NCBI GenBank assembly: GCA_000708835.1 | Contig: DF237034.1 | Span: 62,001 to 126,000 of the forward strand | Direction: 5' to 3' | Origin: Klebsormidium nitens | Taxonomy: Eukaryota > Plantae > Klebsormidiophyceae | Length of the DNA: 64,000 nt | Shown: in pieces, positions 22,417-35,660 of the stretch | Layout: each line of letters begins with the position of its first letter | How positions within the stretch are numbered: the stretch's first letter is position 1 | Made by a program: the position numbers and the translations under genes | Notes under the pieces: generated by a model | What the model saw: only the letters and a program-made list of their open reading frames with translations | Told to the model about the DNA's origin: nothing | Databases searched by the model: none

Positions 22417-25400
22417 TTATCTCTTTCTCCGTGGCGCTTTTGAGCGCTTCTTGGGTTGTGCCTTCCGCTTGGTTCCGGCGGCGCTCTTCTTCACTGGCTC
22501 TTTGCCCCCTGCCAGCTCCTCGATTGCTGCCTCAACAGCGTACAGAACCATGCGCTTGACCTGCCCAAGCACACATGGCGAGTTGTCAATGGTGACGAAG
22601 GCAAAGGGCAAAACCATTTTTGGGCAACCCACAACGTTTCCCTTTCGCTTGTGCCTTCTCATCTATTCCAAGAACCCTCCGCGCCTGTGTGCGCTTCCGA
22701 TGCATTTCCACCCTGCACCATAACTCCCAACGAGGCATAAACTTGTCCTTTGACCTGGCAGTCCAGGAGCTGTTGCTGGCCACCAGGAGCAAACGCGTTT
22801 GATCACCTTCCGCCGGAATTCCGAGCAGGTGGCGAGTGCGGCACGCGCTCACCTGGAGCTTGTCCTCCTTGGCGCGGTGGTCGTCGGGCAAGACCCGGAA
22901 CTCCTGCGTCAGCTTCCAGCACTCGTCCAGGTTCTCGGGGGACACGAAGTCCATGGCCACCTTCACGCACGACTGCGCACCGCACCAGCAACGTCAGGAC
23001 ACAAGCTCAAGCACCGGAAAGGCCCTCGACTTTCAGAGGGCGCCCACTCTAAACCTTCACGGCAGCTGCGGGCGACTCGGACAAAAGACTCAGCTGTTTT
23101 TTTGAGAAAACAGGCGTGCATACCCCTATGTTACACGACAGTAAGCGATTCTTCTAAAGTTTCTGAAATGAATCTATACATAAGGCGTGCGGGTCCTGAC
23201 CTTGAGGTTGCGGACCTGGTGGGGGCAGCCCGCCGGGATGAAGACGGCCTCCCCGTCGTACTGCTGGAACGTCCACGCCTCCACGTCTGGAAGGCAGCAC
23301 CAACAGCCGTGTCAGCTCAACTTCCGGCAGCAACCATTACTCCAAAAAACGGCATGAAAGTGGAATACTGATAGTGCATTACGAGGTCAGACGGCGAGTG
23401 CTGAGACAAACAACAAAGTGGATGTCTCGATTGTATGTTCAAATAAGGCAAGGACTGCTTGAACCAAGCGGAGCGTGCGGCAGGGAGGGCCCTCACTGTA
23501 CTCCTTCTTGAGTTGGTCCTTGTGATGCTGCGTGAGGAAGAACGTCTGGTCGTGCACCGCGTCGTCCACCTGCAGGGCAGACCAAAAGATGCGCGTCTTT
23601 CCTCCACGCCATCCTTCATGCGAAAACAAGATTTTTGGAAGAAGTTTACAAGAAATACCTAAAGACACCTATAGATACCTAAAGACACCTAAAGAAACCT
23701 AAAGACACCTAAAGAAACCTAAAGACACCATCTAGAGAAGTAGACGCCTCTTGCAGGAAGGAGAAGGCCCAGCCGGACCAATATATGCAAGCACGAACGC
23801 CTCCATCGCCACCCGCCTCTACAACTTAGCCCCGCCACCGACCCCGAACAGAATCAAAGTGCGGCATGGCCCTCGCAGCGCAGCCCACCTGGGTGACGGT
23901 CTCCTCATAGATGTGCCGGAACTCGGCCGCGTGCTTGGTGAGGTACTCCTTGAGCTTCGGCACGTCCTCCCGCCGGAAGATGTCCCACACGGCGCCTCCG
24001 TACTCGGCACTGTCCTGTGCCTGCGCTGCCTCGCTGCTCGCCGTTTGCTGGGCTCCCTTGGCCGCTGCCAGGCACACCCGCGGCGGCTGGACCACCTTGG
24101 GCCGCGCGGCCTTCGCCTTTGCCCTCCGCTTCGGCTCTTCTTCCCACTCCTCGACCGGTTGGACCTTCGGGGGGTTTCTAGTACGCAGGATCCGCCCGCC
24201 CTTCTCCAGCGGGGCCACGTGCACCGGCCCCTGCTCGCTGAGAACCACTAAGTCATCGGACGCTTCCTCGTTCGACACAGCGGCAGCGTCAGGCATTGGC
24301 TCGTCTTTCACAGCGCCTCCTGCAAGGACCCCGTCGGCCTCCGTCGGTGCATCCGCAGCCGCACCTTCTGCCGCTGCCTGCGTGTTCTCTCCGGGGGCGT
24401 CCCCAGCGGCGTCGCCAGCTGGCGCTTCTTGCGGGGGTCCCGCAGGCGCTACGTCCTCCATCTTGGTATCTTGGGGCGGCCCGTCCGCAAGCGCCGCGTC
24501 CGCTGGTTCGCACGACTTTGCGTCCACCTTCATGTCCGCCCCTTCTTCCGCGGGCGCATCTGCCGCTGGCCCGGTCTCCCCAGCTGCCTCCACGTCACCG
24601 TTTTTGCCAGGACCGGCACTCTTCTTCTCCTTCCCGGAGCCGTCAGAGTCCTCTCCCGTCACCTCATTGGCAGCCTGCTCAGCCGCCTGCGAGCCGTTTG
24701 CGCCGCGGCGCTTCTTGCCCCCTCCCTTCTTGGCGGCCGGCTTGGCGGCGGGCTTCTTGACCTCCTCGTTCTCGCGCTTGTCGGCGGGCTCGGCCCCCAC
24801 ACGCTCGATCGCCTTCTGGACCTCGGGGCGCACCGGGACAGCGTGCGAGTGGCACAGGATGTTCACCTGCAGAGCGGAAAGATGGGCTCGGATGCGCTCT
24901 GGTGGTCGGGTTAACTGGTCCCAGCATTCAGAACCCCTTGTGATAAATCATTGCTCCTCGCAAAGACCAGCGATGGTTCTAGGCCAGCTATGCGGCTCTT
25001 TCTTTCGCACTATTTTCTTTGGAGGTCGCGTCTTCTGAAAACCTCAAACGAGCTCAGGATACGTTCTGGCGGACCCGTTTGCCAAGAACGGAGCACGACA
25101 ACTGTGCGAAGCGTTTGCAGAATATGCGATGCGCTTGCAGGTATTCCAAGCGGAGCTGGGCATAGAAGTGGCCCCCGCACGGCCCCGAAGGGAAAGGGCA
25201 AACGGCCGCAGGTGCTCACCGCATCGCTCATGTCGCAGTGCAGCTTGGTGACGGAGTCTCCCCGGCCCAGCTCCTCGCGGTGCCCATACGCCACATACGT
25301 TTTAGGACCCAGGTCCGGGGGGTTGGCAGCCTGCAGGACCAGGAATACCGTTTGACTCGATGCAGGCCGGGGTACCGTCCTCTCGACACAAATGATGATG

Positions 25401-28400
25401 CTGACGCCATATAAATCCTGTCCCCGCTGAACATGCGAAGGGATCTCCCCCCGAAGATGGTGGTCAGGTCGCATGGCACGCGGCGCGGCTCACCTTGGGC
25501 AGCTTGGCGGCGATGTTGAGCACGCCGGCGTGGGGGTGCGTGTACTCGTGGAAGGGCAGCGCCTCCACGAAGTCGCGGCAGTGGCGGGGCAGCCGCTCGT
25601 GGAAGAAGCTCTACGGCACGAGAGCAAAAGCCACGTGAGGAAAAGCTCGGGGCAGACGCGCCTTGCCACGCAGGCAGTCTGGGTTTCAGGCTCAGCTCTC
25701 GCAATTGAATCCATAAGTACTGCTCCCGGAAACGAACATGTGTCTTTGCAGGTCATAATACATTCTCAACCGCTGCATAGCATGTCTCCAATGACTTCGA
25801 CTTCTTGCACGAGCACGTCCGAGGCAGACCCTGTGAGTAAAGAGGGCTCGCTTACCCGGGGCGGCCAGTCCTTGAGCTTGAGCATGGCGGGGTAGTTGGC
25901 AAAGAAGCCGCGCCCTTCGGTGTCATACTCGCGACCCTCCAGGTACCCCGAGAAGAACGTCCGCAGGCTCAGCGAGATCTGCCACACGTCAGCGGAGAAC
26001 CGATGGGTAAGCACTTCGTCTGACGCTGCCTGGCTGCGACACATAGCTACTGTGCTTTTTACTTTGTTGCACTAGAAAGCAATACTGCAAGCAACTCCAA
26101 GCTCATGGCGGAGTAGCAAGACGGCTTTGCTCATGCTAAGCGGTGATGGGGCTTGGTCGGCGTTAGTGAGGGCCTCACGAAGGTCCAGTCGAGGCAGAGC
26201 AGCGCGTCCACCCAGCTGCCTTCCTCCACGACGTTCTTGCGCGACGTCTCGCGGCAGGCGCGCCACATCACAAACGGCTCCCAGCTCAGCGCGTGGTCCG
26301 TCTTGTGCGTGTTGCGCACGATGACCGGCTCGCCCTGACCCCAGTGGTGCTGGAAGTGCTGCAGGGCCGAGCCTGGAGCAGGCAAACAAAGGAATCAGCT
26401 ACCGACTAGCAAACGCTCGCTTAAGACCCAGAAGTAGTAAACATCGGAGCTGTCACTGGAGAACATTCTGAGCGTCCACTTCTCGTCTTCCTGAGATGGT
26501 CAGCTCAGCAGCTCAAGTCAGTGCAGGTGGTTCCAAAGCGAAATAACGACACATCACTGGCCCTTTCCGTCCCACCTTGGTTCTGCTTCAGCTGCTGGGC
26601 GTCGGGGGTGTACAGGTAGTTGTCAGTACCCTGCACAGAAAAGCCTGCGTCAGTTCGTCATAGACCCCCAGGCCCCCTGCACAGCTGTCCTCTTCCTGTA
26701 CCTGGCTTGCAGTCAACTGAACAAAGTAAGCGCACCTATCGACTGAAGGGGAGGCAAGAAGGCCCTACGTTTTCTCTCTGAGCGGCCTTCCTCCGGTTTG
26801 CCTCTTTGGCGGGGTCGCTGCACTCCTCGCAAGGTGCTGGCTCGCCCTGCACGACACAGCCCAGGCAACCAAGACTAATTTAGCACTCGTCAGATCGTTT
26901 GCAGATCCAATGACTTAACAACGAGTATCAACCACCACCCAGGAGCACGCCGTTGCAGTGGTCTTCATGCAATCCGACCGGCCAGTAAATGACCATGCAG
27001 CGTTACGAGCAGCTCATCAGCTTCAAAAGTATTACGCGAGGCGGGAACGAATTATCAGCCATAAGTTTGAAAACTCAAACCCAAGAAACGGCCTTGTGCT
27101 CACCTGGGCAGGCTCTGGCTCCTTCCAATTCTTTCCCAGTATCTTCAGCAGGCGCTTCCTCAGGTCCTCCAGCCAGCCGTCCCCCTTGAACGACTGCAGC
27201 TCCAGGTAGCCCTCCCCGCAGCCCCCCCACTCCTTGGCAGGACACGGAATGCGCCCGTGCTCGTCGGGCAGCCAGGCCGGTCGCAGCTCTTGCGGGATGC
27301 GCACCACCTCCACCTCCTCTTCTTCCTCCTCTTCCTCTTCTAGTTCCCCCTCCTTCTTCCCCTCTTCCTTCTCCCCCTCCTCCCCCGCCTTCTGCTCGTC
27401 CTCCTCACCAGCTTCCATGGCCTCCTCTGGCTCGTCTGCCGCCTTGAGGTGCGCCTCCAGTTTCTTGCGGCCCTCCGCCGCCGCCTGCCGCTTAGGGCGC
27501 ACCCCCCACGAATCTCCTCCAGACTTCTCGCTCCCAGCCTCCTGTGCAATTGCACCCTTCTTGACATCGTCGTTCTCTTGTTCGCTCTTGATGTTCCTAG
27601 TAGCGGCCTTCCCCGCAGGAAGCTTCTCCCGAGGGGAGTCGTTGTCCTGGCTGGAAATCTCCAGCACCTCCTGGGCCGCCGCGTGTTGCGGACATGGCGC
27701 AATGGCGTCCATTTTGCCCGCCCTCACCTCCTCGCAGCAGGTGAGGCACAGGTCGAATGCGTGGTCCGAGTTGCTGCACACCCGCACGTAGTCCACAATC
27801 GTGGTGCGGCAATTGTCGCTGCAACAACAAGGATCAAAGATTAGGCTGGAGACACAAACATGAAGACAGGCAGCACTTGGACGGGCTTTCACAAACAGCG
27901 CATACATGAGGCCTAGGGAGCCGAAGCAGTCATCATCAAAATGTAATCAATATCTTTGACGCTTGACAAGAGGCACATTATCAGGGGAGTGGGCAATGGA
28001 GTCACTTATGAGCTAGCAAACATTTGGACTGAACTGAAGCCCCAAAACAGGGTACCTTCAAAGAAGACTTGATTGACTTGTGTCCTCCTGACATCTTTCG
28101 TGTGACTTGCGCCTATAGAAGAAGCGCCACCTACCAGTAAACCCTCCTGTCTATGGGGATCTCAAGGTGCGGCACCTCGCCCATCTCGTCCCCTGCATTT
28201 GAGCACACAGGATAAGCGCGCGCCGACTTACGTTTCTTCACTCCAGTGAGAGAAGAGCTTCAAGCAATTGGGGTCATTTAGAGTATGAAGCAGTGAATCG
28301 CAGGGATGCACAAAAAGGTCTTTACAAAACCAAGCCAAACAAAAAGAGAGATATAGGGTTTGAGGGTCGCTCCACACTTTCTCAAAAGATGCCCTCACCT

Positions 28401-31116
28401 GGGTGAAGCTTCTCCCAGATCGCCTTTTCTAGTCTTAGCTCGTGCGCCTGCTCGTCTGCAGTGCGTTTCAGGTAGGGAGCCGCATGTTCCAGCAGCTGCC
28501 GCAGCAGTGCCACATGCTGGCCAGAGGCCTGGGCGTCGCTGCCCAGCTGCACGAAGAAGAAGGTCACGCCTTGAGAAAACTGGCATGCCAACCCCCAAAA
28601 CGGCAAGATCTAAATCAAGCAAACACAAGAATACCCAAAGAAAATGGGCGAAGGTAGCCTATCCTCCCTCTCAAAAACAGCTTGCAGTTGTGGGCTTCTC
28701 GTGTGTTGTAATAAATGTGGAGCTCCTCTCAAGCTCCACTTCTAATACAACACACGGACCATCAACAGACTGGAGATGTCGCTGAAGATGTTTCTTACAT
28801 AGACCAGGTCGCCCTGCCGCCTGAGGCAGCCCTTGCAGTTGCAGTTGCCATAGCAGCGGGGGCACTTGACATCCCACTTGTCACCATCCACCTTTCGAAA
28901 CTCGTTAGCACGGGCGGGATACCTGCAATTTGCAATCCAGATGGAAAAATCCGTCAGGGAGGCACTAGCCACATGAGAAGCCACGTCAACCTCTTCCAAC
29001 GCGGCTCATCAGCGATGCATGCGACCAGATACGCACGGACGGTGTTAAAATGCACTGGCAGTGAGGGTGCAAGGTGCACTCAACAACCGGCGAAAGTTGC
29101 CAGTTTTGGAAGTGTTGTGTGCCAGAATCGCATCTCAATCAATAAGTGACCAAGCGAGCAGACCCCAGGACAAGATCCTAGCTGGCTTCGGCCAGGCTAA
29201 GAAAGGGACAAATTTTGTGGGTCTGTGAAAGAATGCACAAGGCAATGCTGGTTTTGATGTTAGTGTCTCCGTATGTAACTGCGCATGGAAACCCAATCAC
29301 AATTTGGATTCCAAGAACATTTCAGAAGATTGGAGAGAGTTCTGGAGACTGTCCTCATAACTTGGAGTATAGCGGCACCTCAAGTAGCCTCACCAGTTGA
29401 CGGCACAGTCCCAGCAGTAGCGGGTGCCGCAAATCTCCTCTTTCCCCGTCTTGTCTTTCTTTCCCGTCGGGTGGTTACAGCGGATAACAATCGTCCGCTT
29501 GCTGCTCATACATTGGTGGCACATGCGGATCTCCCCCTTAGGGACGTCCATAAGCTTCTCTATCCGCCTCCGCTCAACATCGTCCATTTCCTGCAATAGC
29601 CTTAAAGCAAGCTGGTCAGAAAGGCAACAGGACAAACTTTGACAGTTGCTGATGTAAGAGCGACTCACCCGATTTGAGTACACAGCCAATAGAAGCTTCA
29701 CAGGATGGGGGCAAAGAAGCTTTGGAATCTCACAACACATTTATGGCCCCAACTCACCAAAAGCTCTTTTGCCCTTTCGGGGTCTATTCCTTCTTCTTTC
29801 TTCCTCTTGGGTGCTGCTTCCTGCATCTCCTGTTTGCCCTTGTCCTCTTCTTGCACCACCTTCTGCTTGGGCCGCCGCTCTCCCTCTGCAACAGCCTGCA
29901 AGCAGAAGGGCTTGTAAGAGGCAACATCACCTTTCAAACCACCCCCTTGCAAGCGGCACACCGGCAAAATTTGTTCAATAGTTGATTATAGCCCTGTCTA
30001 TGAGCACCATTTGTGGATGCGAGTGCCAAAATGGTCACAATCTGCTGCAATGGGTGCGGTTCTGAGTTTAGTGATAGGCAGCTTGCAACACCCAGTAGGC
30101 AATCTGGTGAGGTATCTCTCCAAGCGACTGCAGACTGGTGGCTCCAGCACCCTGCAGAAACCGATGACCTTATATACTCACCAATTACTCAACAACCTGG
30201 CTTGCTCCTGGACCAATACCTCCAGACATTGCCTCCTCAACGGCGGGCTTGAAGCAAGTAGTCTTCATTTCTATTGGAGCACCAAACAAGTTTCAACACC
30301 CCAGTGCTACAACTTGAGTGCAGAAAAACCTGGAGTTTGTTCAGCATCGCTTGCCTGTTCTGGTGTGTTCCTGTGTTTAGCACACAAACTGCCGCCTTCA
30401 TTGCAAACCCCCGTGCACCGCCGCCCGCCTCCAGTTCTCTTCTCACACCGCACACTCTCCCGAAGCCCGTTGGTCCCTGGGGGTACCGCCGCCCGGTTTG
30501 TCCTCCCTCCAGGAGACAGCTTGCCACTTGCAACTTTGGCATTGTGTTCACCAAGATAGCTTGCATTGCTGCTCCTCATGTCCTTGGACAGCTGGTTCAA
30601 CTTCTCAGTTGCTAGAACGGAAGCACGCCGCTTTGAAAACATCACCCCACTCTGAGCAATTCCCTGATTAGCACCTTCCTGCGTTCCCCGTTTCCTCTTG
30701 GCTGCTTGCCCACCCTGACCTGGTCCTGGCTGGCTTGGTCCAGGTCCAGCACTCTGTGGGTCGGCCCCTGGAGCACCTGCCTCAGCACTAGCTTCGATGC
30801 AGCCCTGCAAATCGTCCCCACCTACCAGCGGCTTGTCCTCCCAGTGATAAATTCTTTGCCCATCACACAAAACTGTACAACTGATGTGCTCAGCCGACTG
30901 GAGAGCGTGCTTCACGTTTCCCACTGCCAAAGGATTGGCAAGATTGAGATTGATATCATGAGCAGGAAGCTGCTTGATGACATCGTCCAGGGTGAACTCA
31001 TGCTTCCCATGGGCAATCTTCTTCACGGCTGCCACCAATTCAGGAATCAAATCGGCACGAGAGGAAGAGCCTTCCTTGGATTCTGCAGGGCGCTTTTTGC
31101 GCCGATAAGAATCCAT
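22417..31116 (-). CDS. KDM3/JHDM2-type JmjC histone H3K9 demethylase (JMJ25/IBM1, JMJ26-29 family) with WRC and Cys-rich zinc fingers
   Basis: WRC-type C-x9-C-x10-C-x2-H ([26 protein letters not shown], ~30380-30460); CHQC...RYCWDC and [15 protein letters not shown] fingers; [15 protein letters not shown]. Also [36 protein letters not shown]...[49 protein letters not shown] and [11 protein letters not shown]. The Fe(II) ligands HxD...H are intact. The start (MDSYRRKKR at 31116) and some internal exons are uncertain. Confidence 0.93.
23651..23730. repeat. 10-bp minisatellite (AAAGACACCT consensus, 8 units) in a JmjC gene intron
   Basis: AGAAATACCT AAAGACACCT ATAGATACCT AAAGACACCT AAAGAAACCT AAAGACACCT AAAGAAACCT AAAGACACCA, lying within intron ~23570-23889. 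Confidence 0.95.
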
Positions 31117-31942
31117 AATTGCAAGGAAAGACTCACATATATAATCTATTCCAAATGCACGAACAAGTGCGCCCCCAGCCAACAACACGCCTGCAGGGCA
31201 GCGCCGACAATGGAGAGCAACTGCAGGGATCAAAGCATGGATGATTGCAGATTCCACAACTGGCACAAGCTCGAGTACCTACCTAACAGAGCAGGCTGAT
31301 CAAGAGAAGGGACTTTCCTGTGTGTACAATTTGAATTTTGAATATCGACCGTCCGATGCAGGCTCCAAAAGTTGGCGGTACCTGATCAGCGGTTGATGAC
31401 TTGGATAATGGAAAGACTGCGTAGTCTGTAGAGCAGCTCTCACTGTGCTGCGTGCATCCAATTTGCAATGCCAACACTGGCCTGAGGGCAACACTGTCAA
31501 CAGCACGAAGGAAATGCGCGCTTCGTTTCAACTTTTAGAGGCACAATTGCTCCAAACGAAGTCTGGAGAAAACAAACCGTCAAAGACGAAGACAGACACG
31601 AGGCAGCTCTGAGTCTTCACTATCCTAGTGGACTTGCCTTTCAAGTTGCACAGATTCTGCAAGACTTCTTCTCAAATCAGCGAGAATCCAACCTCTGAAC
31701 CTCGCTTGTTACACTTTATACTACCTGAACAAGGGGCGTCTATTTTGAGAAGATTCAGGGCTTAATGCCAGCCTGCACTGGTCGTCCACCTGCACATCCG
31801 GTGTCTTGGCCAGTTTGCAAGTGAAGGGACATCTGCGTCAGAAACGAAGCCTAGAGCTCGTTTGCCTCAATTTTCTGGATTGAAAGTTTGAGAGGCTGTG
31901 ACCCAAGTCAGATAGATATCCGTATGAGAAGCAGCTTCACCC

Positions 31943-33196
31943 ATGGATGCATCTGGTCCATCAAAGGACAAAGCCAAGGGTATAAACTTGCTGGACTCGT
32001 TTGCTGTCAAGAGGCACCTAGACGAGGTTGCAACGGAGGTGAGAACGTTGCTACCATTCTCAGACTGCACAAGTTTTGGGGTACTCCTGAAACTTCTCTT
32101 GCTTGCGGTTGCTTGTCTGGCATCCACATGGACTGGGTTCTGGCGATACAGAGTTGCTGGCACATTATGCTGTTGCAGCCTGGCACTAAAAAGCTGCCGC
32201 CACAAGTATTGCCTCATCAGCGTTCTTCTCGTTCTCAAACAGGATCAAAATCTTGTGCAACATTTCAGCTGCAAGGAATCTGCCAATCCTCTGGCTGTGC
32301 ATAAGAGGAGCTGATCTCCTAGTTCTTGCTTGCAGGCGATCATCGATCGGGGCTACTTAGAAGACGTTTTTTTCAGCAACGTGCGCATTGCTATTGGTCT
32401 TGCATCATGCGGAGTGGCATGCCTTGCCCAGTTCTACCCCCAGAAATTTCCTGCTAACGTGACGCTTCTCATGGTCTGCATTGGCATCTACATATTGCTC
32501 AACTTGGCCCTCCAGTTCTTGGCAATTTTCAAGGAGAAGAACCACATACTATTCACTCATCCGAAAACGGTGAGTTCTTTGGGCTATATGCTCTTCCCAC
32601 GAACTGGGCCTAAGGACAATGCAAATGCTTCAGCCTATTCTTCGTACATGTCAAGTAAAGTCCGTGCTATCCTTGTTGCATGCTTCAAAGCCTTGAACTT
32701 AAAGAGTTGCGCTTATCCATCTATGAGCACCCCAAGAACCGAGAACATCGGAGTACATGTTTTTTGTGGAGGAGAGTTCTTACATGGATTGCTGTCCGCA
32801 GGGTTCCTACACAACAACGGGGCTAGCCGTGTCCTCCAAGCTTCCTCGATTCTCCTCCCAGTATACTCTCAGAATAGGCAGCAGTGAACCCAACTCGGTA
32901 TCTGCGCGGCCAGCTGTTGAGATGACAAGGAGTATAACGGAATGGTAAGGCCTCACGCCTATGAACTTGCACGTTTTCAAACATGTTTGCCAGCTCGTGC
33001 CGATCCTTATGCCAGCAGTTCTAAGAATTTGGTCCACGCATTGTCATCTCAACGGCTTTCTTCTGGCTCCCCCAGTCTTCTTATGAATATATTTTGCAGG
33101 TTTACCGGAGACGGGATCCTTGCTGAAAAAGAGTACTGGAAGGCAGTTGAACAGCTTTTAGACGAGTACGAGGGTTCTGCCAAGAAAAGGAGATGA
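31943..33196 (+). CDS. SPCS2: Signal peptidase complex subunit 2 (SPC25)
   Basis: 4 exons: 31943-32038, 32336-32569, 32802-32944, 33100-33196. Peptides NLLDSFAVKRHLDE, GYLEDVFFSNVRIAIG, two TM segments around YPQKFPAN, KEKNHILFT, VSSKLPRFSSQYTLRI and RSITEWFTGDGILAE. Confidence 0.93.
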
Positions 33197-33890
33197 CAAA
33201 TTGTGTGTGGTTCAACAACCATCTATTCTTTGCCACCGCAAAAGGAGCAAAAAAGGGGCAACGAAAGTGGCTTTTGATTACATTGGGGTCGGAAGTGTCT
33301 GTCATGATGAGCAAATGGCGTACGGTCAGTACTTGACTCATTGATATTTGCCTCCGATGTGCAGCCGCAATGAATTGATCTTGTTTTCGTACACGGCGTA
33401 GCCTGGCACATACATAGGCTACAGGCTTAACTCCCCGGATCATCAGATATGTACTAGGTAATACCGGTAGTAATATAAATGACATGTTAAAACCATAAAT
33501 GACATATGTGGATCTAAGCTGCATGCAAGCTGCGCTGGCAACCGACGTCATGCCAGCGTGTGCAGTGCAGCATGGGCATCCTTAGATGATTGTAATGCTC
33601 GACAGCTAGATCGCCGCACGCGCGCACATCCAGACGGTTAAAGTGGAAAAAATCATTGTATATGAAAGGGACTGAGTCCTCTTAACTATTCAGTCAATTT
33701 CATTTCTGGATACAACATCTGGAATTCAAGGATCACGTCAGGTGGTCGAAACATACTATAAAGTACAATTGATCAAATCATCTCTACAAATCGGAAAGCT
33801 CTTCTCGCTCTTGGTGGAGGAGCACAGCACATATATCAGCTCTTGGCAGAAGATAACCGGAAGAGATATCAAGTATGCTCAAGCGCGCTG

Positions 33891-35660
33891 TCAGCTAAGA
33901 GCTCGGATTGTTACATGGAGTGCACTCTCTCGAAACCAGTCATACATGTCCGGCAACTCCGCATCAACCGCCGCGCGAAATGCTCGCAAAGGTTGAGGAA
34001 AATCTTGCAGGAAATGCACAAGAGTCGCTCCTAACTTCGGATTCCTGTAGTGCGAGATGCTGTTGCCTGCAGACATGGCGACGACAGCTGCGCTTAAAGA
34101 AACCTGCCAGAAGCAGGGGCTGTTCCTGGAGCTTCAATCAATGGTGCCCCTAATAATGGGTAACTCACATGCAAAAAGGAGCCCCGTTTTCTTCCGTGGT
34201 ACTTCCGGGACGAGAAGCATACACTTTCCCTAGCATCATAATTTGCCTCGCTCTTGTACATTCTAAAACGCTTACGAATGCTCACCATCTTTTGAAGCGT
34301 AAAACCAGTATTGCTCCAGGCGATCCAAGGCAAACTCGTCCATGACCTGCGACGATTTCAAGACTTCAGTTTTTCTCAAGAGAACGGAGGATCACAGCGA
34401 CCTGGACAGGCCGACTTCGACAAATCACATGGAGTGTACTCATGACTGAGCAAACAGGAAAAGTGCAGTGCTTTGATGGCTAGGGATAGAGATATTAATA
34501 TCCTGCAGACCACGTCAAGCCGTAGATAGTAAGGCAAGCAGCAAGGCGCCCTCATTGCCAGTGTACCTCCTGAACGAGTGATCATGCTTGACGAGAGGTT
34601 TATGCTACTTCAGGTATTGAGCAATTACCTTCTCCACGTTGCGCAGCTCCACGTCAGTGGGGGTAGAATCGGAGGAGGGTAGCAGCAGGGGTACATTCGA
34701 GATCGACAGTGTTTCTTCTAAAGAGCAACTCGCAAAAAGCACCTGATGATAGAAGAAGACAAAGCGACTGTGAGTCAACGACTTCCAACGAGTTCGACCC
34801 GTTGGCCAGGCAGGACAACAGAGAAAGCCACAGTACTGAAATTATGATGGGGCATCTAGGCAGGGCGTATCTCTGTCTCCCCGTTCAGTTCAGCTCAGGC
34901 ACTGTCAAACGCGGCTCACCACTGACAACTTGTCCACCAAAAGCTGCCGCTCATTTGCAAGCGCCTTGCTCGAGTCACTGCAAGCAGCGGGTTGTATTGG
35001 TCCGTCCACCAGGTTTTAGTGCTTTCTTAGAGAGAATCATGTGTATATCCCGGCGCATACAAATGCACCCATTCTCGCTGCCTTTGAAAACGCACTTCTG
35101 CTTCTCAATTGTTAGATGTGGCAGGTCTAAGCTCCAGGTAAGCTCCAAGTAGAGTATGCACGATTAAGTACAGGAGTCGCCTACCGGCAGATCCTCTTCA
35201 GTTTCAGGAGCTGCTCAAACGACAGCCGCTTCCCATCCCTGAGCGCTGCTAGGGACACCTTCGGCCACTTGCTCCCAGGGTTTTCCGGCTTGAGAGTTTG
35301 AAGGTATGGCAGCTCTTGGTCGATCTGGGCCTTCATCTGCGCTGCGACTCTCAAGAGTAAGGGATTGCAGAATTGGCGGGCAATTGTGAAGAACCATCAG
35401 TACAAGGAGGACTACCAGAGGAACAGGCGGTTGAGTGGTATTTCTTTGTTTCAAAGTAAAATCACAATGGTTAGAGCGGGCACGCACCTGCAACAGCTCC
35501 GGAGGCAGACCAGTGAAAACCACCGTTAAGACCCCGCTCCAGCTCACAAAGAATTGGGAGAACGTCAGTCGGACTGCTTGAGTGGCTGCGATAATCGGTT
35601 GCAGGCGGCCCTTTGGAGATGTGGCACTGGTCTTCGTTTCTTCAGAGGCACAGCCATGTT
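33891..35660 (-). CDS. Uncharacterised protein with a 2H-phosphoesterase-like internal repeat; 5' end unresolved (a possible further exon lies at ~36270-36400)
   Basis: In-phase GT-AG exons give ...FVSWSGVLTVVFTGLPPELLQ|MKAQIDQELPYLQTLKPENPGSKWPKVSLAALRDGKRLSFEQLLKLKRICR|DSSKALANERQLLVDKLSV|VLFASCSLEETLSISNVPLLL...RNVEK|VMDEFALDRLEQYWFYASKD|GNSISHYRNPKLGATLVHFLQDFPQPLRAFRAAVDAELPDMYDWFRESALHVTIRALS*. The C-terminal LHVTI is an HxT motif. Confidence 0.7.

Noticed and set aside
23826-24866. Large Ala/Glu/Asp/Pro-rich insertion splitting the JmjC domain
   Set aside because: A variable disordered insert between the HxD and distal His motifs is a normal feature of plant KDM3/JMJ25-type proteins.
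23911-25038. Long antisense ORFs over GC-rich exons (375 aa here; also 27234-27791, 10463-11041, 58961-59416 and similar)
   Set aside because: They are stop-poor shadows of GC3-rich, low-complexity exons of genes on the opposite strand.
30013-30252. + strand ORF with a CCNGCG zinc-ribbon-like motif
   Set aside because: It is short, lies antisense within the JmjC gene, and lacks a second Cys pair or splice support.
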